A DNA stretch of 64,000 bases, from contig JAXLZS010000001.1 in the NCBI GenBank assembly GCA_046350775.1, positions 287,930 to 351,929 on the forward strand, written 5' to 3'. Below, piece after piece: positions 59,184-64,000 of this stretch; the stretch's first letter is position 1, and every line of letters begins with the position of its first letter. Made by a program: the position numbers and the translations under genes. Below the pieces are notes generated by a model. It was not told the DNA's origin. It did no database searches and worked only from the letters and a program-made list of their open reading frames with translations. This stretch comes from Minisyncoccota bacterium. GTDB taxonomy: Bacteria; Patescibacteriota; Minisyncoccia; Phycocordibacterales; UBA5272.

Positions 59184-59876
59184 TTAATTATCGAATATTC
59201 TTTGAGAGACTACCTGCTGAACTGTAAAAGTGGAAGTAGATACTGTACCATTTTGATTATTTCTATTTGTTGCAATTAGGCCAGATATTAAAATTTTTAC
59301 TTTTGGCTGTAGATTATCATCTGCTCCGGTACCGGATATTGCCAGATTAAAATCGTTTATAGAAAAACCAGAGCCTGTAATAGAAACATCCAATTTCTTT
59401 GTAAAACTATTTTTATCTTCATTTAATTCGTAATCGGCCTCATTTACAGAAAGATCAGATCTTTTTAAATAGTAAACCACTTTGGTCGTTGTAGAATTTG
59501 CAGGCGTAAATATTATAGCGTTGCATATACCGTTATTATTTGAAGATAAAGAATCTATATTTGCAATATAAGGACTCAAATAAAAATTTGTATAAGTGAA
59601 ATCTTGAGTCGTATCTGGATTGGCACACTTATAATTCGTACCAAATTTTATTTCACGAGACATATTGTTTAAAACTAAATTTACATTATCTACAGCTATT
59701 CTATTTTCTGAAATTCTCTTATAAGCTCTCTGTGCTGAAAGCAATACAGATATACCTCCTACTGCAATAATAGTAAATAATGTCGTAGCCACAAGGAGCT
59801 CAATAAGAGTAAATCCATCTAAATTTTGATTTTTTGAAAAAAGTTTCTTCATAGATTTTTTATTTACATGGACCAT
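59184..59876 (-). CDS. prepilin, PilW-like minor pilin
   Basis: GFTLIELLV, MSREIK; start may be 59852. Confidence 0.85.
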   Translation of the reverse strand: MVHVNKKSMKKLFSKNQNLDGFTLIELLVATTLFTIIAVGGISVLLSAQRAYKRISENRIAVDNVNLVLNNMSREIKFGTNYKCANPDTTQDFTYTNFYLSPYIANIDSLSSNNNGICNAIIFTPANSTTTKVVYYLKRSDLSVNEADYELNEDKNSFTKKLDVSITGSGFSINDFNLAISGTGADDNLQPKVKILISGLIATNRNNQNGTVSTSTFTVQQVVSQRIFDN

Positions 59877-60498
59877 AAGAAGAAGATACTTGACCTACAT
59901 ATGATACGTCTATATGGCGGAGATTGTTGCTGCTGGACGGGGCAATCTCTATACATACTTGATTTATAGATTTAGTGGTGCCAGGGATTTCTGTAATATA
60001 CGTATCACCATTTTGATCATAAGTTGCAAAATTTACATATGGTTTCGGTTTTACAAAAAATAACACCATCTTTGTATCGATAGAATTATAACAATAATTA
60101 GTATCATTATTAAGACAAATGCGACTTATATGATTACCCCCATTGAAAATTAAATCATTTGTCGGCTTTTGAGCATTCATCACTTCATTTGAAGTAAAGT
60201 TGTTATCTTTTGTCTTATAAAATGTCTCAATTTTAGATGGATTAGACAAATCTATAAATACTCCATATCCGACAGTATCAAGTAGATTACCCCTTATAAA
60301 AGAAGAAGATCTGTTTTGCATATCTATTATAGTTATAGAAACATCTTCTGAATCCGTCAAAAGAGCATTACGAATCTTTGTCTCTTGATATCCAGAATTC
60401 ATAAATATTGTGCCAAGTATTGCAAGTAGAGCGAGGACAGCCATCATCTCTATAAGAGTAAAGCCCTTTTCTATATTTTTAATAGAGAATATTTTCAT
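59860..60498 (-). CDS. prepilin, FimT/GspH-like minor pilin
   Basis: GFTLIEMM, GYGV. Confidence 0.85.
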   Translation of the reverse strand: MKIFSIKNIEKGFTLIEMMAVLALLAILGTIFMNSGYQETKIRNALLTDSEDVSITIIDMQNRSSSFIRGNLLDTVGYGVFIDLSNPSKIETFYKTKDNNFTSNEVMNAQKPTNDLIFNGGNHISRICLNNDTNYCYNSIDTKMVLFFVKPKPYVNFATYDQNGDTYITEIPGTTKSINQVCIEIAPSSSNNLRHIDVSYVGQVSSSYGPCK

Positions 60499-60547
60499 AT
60501 CAAATATATTTTAATTTTAACATGAAAATCAATAATATTATCGACAC

Positions 60548-61387
60548 TTATTGTAGAATTAGAGATAATCCTAATACGTCTATATGTAAAAATATTACCA
60601 AGATGACTGCTACTATTATAAAAGGAGCAAAAGGTATGGTTGATTTACGATTAAATTTATGAGGCATAAGATAGATCAATAAAAGAGATGTTATGGCCCC
60701 TATCCAGATAGATAAAAGAAAGACTGAAACACCAAAAATAAATCCTAGCAAATATCCAGCAGACAAAAACAACAGGACATCACCAAAACCTACAGCTTTA
60801 CCTTTTGAGAATAAATAAATAAATAAAAATGGCAAAGCTACTAATACTCCAGAAAATAAATCCAGCCAAAATAAAGTACTATGCATACTTCCATAGAAAA
60901 ATGATACATTATAAATCCTATAAACCTCAAAAGCTAAACCTATAACAAACAAAAGGATAGAAAAACCTAAAGGAACTATTTTATGTTTGAGATCATAAAG
61001 AAAAATTGAAAATAAGAGAATAAAAAGTAGAACATAAAATAAAGCAAAACTAATACCAATAGCCAAATTGTAATTTGGAGAATAAATATTAAAATAGCTA
61101 AATAGTAAAAGATTGTAAGTCAAAACACCAATAATCCCGGCAGATATTTCGACCCATAGATGCCTTGGTCCGATTTTAGTGTCACATTTTCTACATTTAC
61201 CTTTTAAAAACAGAAAAGATAACACAGGTATCATCTCATACCATGAGAGATTTTTAGAGCATGAATGACAGGTACTTCTACCAGAAATAAAAGATTTAAC
61301 ATAAAGACGATCGACTATAACATTCACAAAGCTGCCAACAGCCGCCCCAAAAAAGAATATTAAAATATTAAGAATAAAATAATTCAT
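60548..61387 (-). CDS. pilD: prepilin peptidase (A24)
   Basis: GSFVNV, two CxxC, YDLKH, GFGDV, IPFAPF. Confidence 0.92.
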   Translation of the reverse strand: MNYFILNILIFFFGAAVGSFVNVIVDRLYVKSFISGRSTCHSCSKNLSWYEMIPVLSFLFLKGKCRKCDTKIGPRHLWVEISAGIIGVLTYNLLLFSYFNIYSPNYNLAIGISFALFYVLLFILLFSIFLYDLKHKIVPLGFSILLFVIGLAFEVYRIYNVSFFYGSMHSTLFWLDLFSGVLVALPFLFIYLFSKGKAVGFGDVLLFLSAGYLLGFIFGVSVFLLSIWIGAITSLLLIYLMPHKFNRKSTIPFAPFIIVAVILVIFLHIDVLGLSLILQ

Positions 61388-61398
61388 TATCTTATGAT

Positions 61399-62019
61399 CT
61401 AACTATTTGAAGATATATCAAATATACATTTTGTAGTATCTTGACAAGTAGAATCTGTCCAAGTAGGGACGTACTTAAATGTATACTCCCCTTCATCAGC
61501 AGAGCCAGACGCTGTATAATTTCCTACCAAACAATATTTTGAGGCATTAGAAGGAGTACCTGAAGTAGTATTAACACCAGAACAATTAGCTGAGCCAGAC
61601 AATGCTGGAGACAAAGTCTCCAAATGGGTCCATAAATGATATCCTATCACATGAGTCTCTCCAGAATTATCTGTATAATAATAAGTTGTATAATTATATT
61701 TATTAGGATCAGGATTTGTTGTTGCTGTTACATCGCAAGCAGAATTTTCTGTAATATTAGAGTTTTTAGGTATAGATCCATAATTAGATAATAGATCTAA
61801 ACAGTTTGGATATTCACCTTTATGATCATCAGCATATATAGAAAGAGATGTGGCTAAACTCTTTAATTCAGATATCTTTTGGGCATCACGACCCTTTTTT
61901 CTAGCTGTCTGAAATGGTGCATAGACTATAGCACCCAATATACCAATAATAGCTATCACCACTAGAAGCTCAATAAGGGTAAAACCTTTTGTGTAATTTG
62001 TAAGTTTAAATTTTTTCAT
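61399..62019 (-). CDS. type IV pilin (probable major pilin)
   Basis: GFTLIELLVVIAIIGIL, ARKKGRDA. Confidence 0.88.
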   Translation of the reverse strand: MKKFKLTNYTKGFTLIELLVVIAIIGILGAIVYAPFQTARKKGRDAQKISELKSLATSLSIYADDHKGEYPNCLDLLSNYGSIPKNSNITENSACDVTATTNPDPNKYNYTTYYYTDNSGETHVIGYHLWTHLETLSPALSGSANCSGVNTTSGTPSNASKYCLVGNYTASGSADEGEYTFKYVPTWTDSTCQDTTKCIFDISSNS

Positions 62020-62149
62020 AATTAATTATTAAATATTATTTTTAATATTCTTTTTTATTTCTTTGTAATCTTTTATAAGATATACATATATTATAACAGA
62101 CAAAAATATCTTATTTTTTTAATATTAGTTTTCTGTGGAAAAGAAAATT

Positions 62150-63373
62150 TTAGACATTTGTCACTACAGAATACATTGGTATCAATACGGCAGCCAAAAG
62201 TATTCCAACTCCCCCGGCTAAGAAAATGATAAGTGCCGGCTCAACAAGCGATAAGGCTGTATCTATAGCTGTAGATACTTCTCTTTTGTAATAACTAGAA
62301 AGACTTCTTAAAACATATCCTAATTTTCCAGTCTCTTCTCCAATTTTCGTCATCTGGACTAAAATGTTTGGCAATTCTTCTTCTTCATAAAAAGCCTGAG
62401 ACAATGCCTTCCCTCCTTTTACTTTTTTACTAACACGCACAAGCAAATCTCTATATACTACATTATCAACAACATCAGAAGTTATCTCAAGAGCTCTGAC
62501 TATAGGGACTCCAGAAGAAAGCATTGTATCAAGATTGTCAGTCACACGAGAAAGAAAGATTTTATTATAAAGAACTTTAAATATTGGGAGTTTTAATTTT
62601 ATATAATCAAGATTTGCTTTTCCTGATTGGGTCTGACTTAGGCTATATAGATAATAGCCGATGAAGCTGGCAAAAATTAAAAATAAAATACCATAATTCT
62701 TACCGAGATTTCCTACTCCTAATATCATTCTAGTCACCAAAGGAAGGCTCTGCCCTTCACTCAAAAGCATTTCTGCAAGCTGAGGAATCACAAATACTAT
62801 CATCACTACCATCACGGCAACAAAAGTCACAGAAACAAAAATTGGATAAATAGAAGCTTTTTTTATTTTTTGTGTAAGATCAAAATTTCTATCAAGATAA
62901 TCAGCAAGATAGTCAAAAGCTTCATTCAGTTTCCCAGATTCTTCTCCTGCCTTTATCATATTTGAATAAAATGATCCAAAAACTTTATCATATCTACTCA
63001 TAGCAGAAGATATTGAAGATCCAGACTGAACTTCATCAGCTATCAAATTTAAAATTCTTTTTAATTCTGGATTCTCTGTCTCTGTAGCAACTAGGCGAAA
63101 ACTGCGCAAAGCCGAAACTCCTGACTGAAAGAGTGTTGAGATCTGTCTTGAAAAGACTACAATGTCTTTTTCTTTTACAGATGGACCAAAAAATGGAATT
63201 TTAAAACCAGTTGTAGGTGAACCAAAAAGATTTTTCTCAACATATGGATCTAGGGAGACAATTATTAGCTGTCTATCTTGCAATGTAGCAATAGCGTCGT
63301 CTTCACTACTACCTTCAATTTTTCCCTCTAGACGAGACCCGTCTACTTTTATAGCTTTATATTTGAATAACAT
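62150..63373 (-). CDS. pilC: type IV pilus inner-membrane platform protein (T2SS F family)
   Basis: FSRQ...SGV, GEESGKL, YP, GEETGKL, EP. Confidence 0.92.
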   Translation of the reverse strand: MLFKYKAIKVDGSRLEGKIEGSSEDDAIATLQDRQLIIVSLDPYVEKNLFGSPTTGFKIPFFGPSVKEKDIVVFSRQISTLFQSGVSALRSFRLVATETENPELKRILNLIADEVQSGSSISSAMSRYDKVFGSFYSNMIKAGEESGKLNEAFDYLADYLDRNFDLTQKIKKASIYPIFVSVTFVAVMVVMIVFVIPQLAEMLLSEGQSLPLVTRMILGVGNLGKNYGILFLIFASFIGYYLYSLSQTQSGKANLDYIKLKLPIFKVLYNKIFLSRVTDNLDTMLSSGVPIVRALEITSDVVDNVVYRDLLVRVSKKVKGGKALSQAFYEEEELPNILVQMTKIGEETGKLGYVLRSLSSYYKREVSTAIDTALSLVEPALIIFLAGGVGILLAAVLIPMYSVVTNV

Positions 63374-63376
63374 ATT

Positions 63377-64000
63377 TTATATCATTTTTTCTAGAGCTCT
63401 AGGATTGCGAGAATTAGACATAGCTACATCTATAGAAATCTGACCAGATCGTACCAATTCTGATAAATGTCTATTAAAATCTATCATTCCCTGGTCTCTC
63501 CCTGTCTCTATGACAAGATCTATCTCATTTATTCTACCATCTCGAATAAGATTTCCAACCGCTACATTATTTAGTAATAATTCATAGGCTGGCACCATAC
63601 CTCCAGATACTGATGGTAAAAGCCTTTGAGAAAAGACTCCTAGTAATGACGAAGAAAGTTGCTGTCTTATCTGGCTTTGTTGCTCAGCAGGAAAAGAGTC
63701 TATGATTCTATTTATTGTCTGAGAAGCTGAATTCGTGTGGAGAGTAGATAGTACAAGATGACCAGTCTCAGCAGCAGTGACTGCTGCTGATATGGTGTCT
63801 ACGTCTCTCATTTCACCTATCATCATGACATCTACATCCTGTCTAAAAGCCTGCTTTAGAGCATTATGAAAAGACGCTGTATCCATTCCTATCTCTCTCT
63901 GATCAATAACAGATTTATCATTTTCAAAAACATATTCAATAGGATCTTCGATGGTTATAATATGTTTTCTATCTGTGCTATTTATCTCCTCTATCATACT
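63377..64000 (-). CDS. pilT: type IV pilus retraction ATPase, 5' end outside the window
   Basis: TIEDPIE, GEMRD, AETGHLVLSTLHT, VGNLIRD. Confidence 0.9.
   Translation of the reverse strand, partial: SMIEEINSTDRKHIITIEDPIEYVFENDKSVIDQREIGMDTASFHNALKQAFRQDVDVMMIGEMRDVDTISAAVTAAETGHLVLSTLHTNSASQTINRIIDSFPAEQQSQIRQQLSSSLLGVFSQRLLPSVSGGMVPAYELLLNNVAVGNLIRDGRINEIDLVIETGRDQGMIDFNRHLSELVRSGQISIDVAMSNSRNPRALEKMI

Noticed and set aside
1134-63443. Numerous 60-160 aa ORFs antisense to or nested in long genes
   Set aside because: Shadow frames of well-supported genes with no motifs of their own

Overview
Very AT-rich bacterial chromosome segment read with the standard code. Gene content and style point to a Patescibacteria (CPR, Parcubacteria-like) genome; this is inference from the short IF-2, Elp3, truncated UvrC, type IV pilus cluster and scarce Shine-Dalgarno sites. 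The backbone holds infB, rbfA, rnc, a nusB-NUDIX fusion, rpmF, dnaE, murF, secA, rlmH, tsaD, elp3, secG, rnj, a class Id-type RNR with the ATP cone on NrdB, uvrC, gatCA, ligA, pil genes and three tRNAs. Orphan genes are interspersed, many as self-contained units: consensus sigma70 promoter, boxA-like element, sometimes a long leader hairpin, and their own terminator. The strongest signal is at 31.1-32.4 kb. Two tandem cassettes share a ~150-bp promoter/boxA/hairpin leader but carry unrelated ORFs, and each ends in a copy of the last codons of elp3. Other findings are two candidate ncRNAs, a frameshifted NrN-like DHH pseudogene missed by the ORF track, an in-frame palindrome inside elp3 and Bacteroidota-style exported orphans. 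No CRISPR array, rRNA, integrase or transposase was seen.
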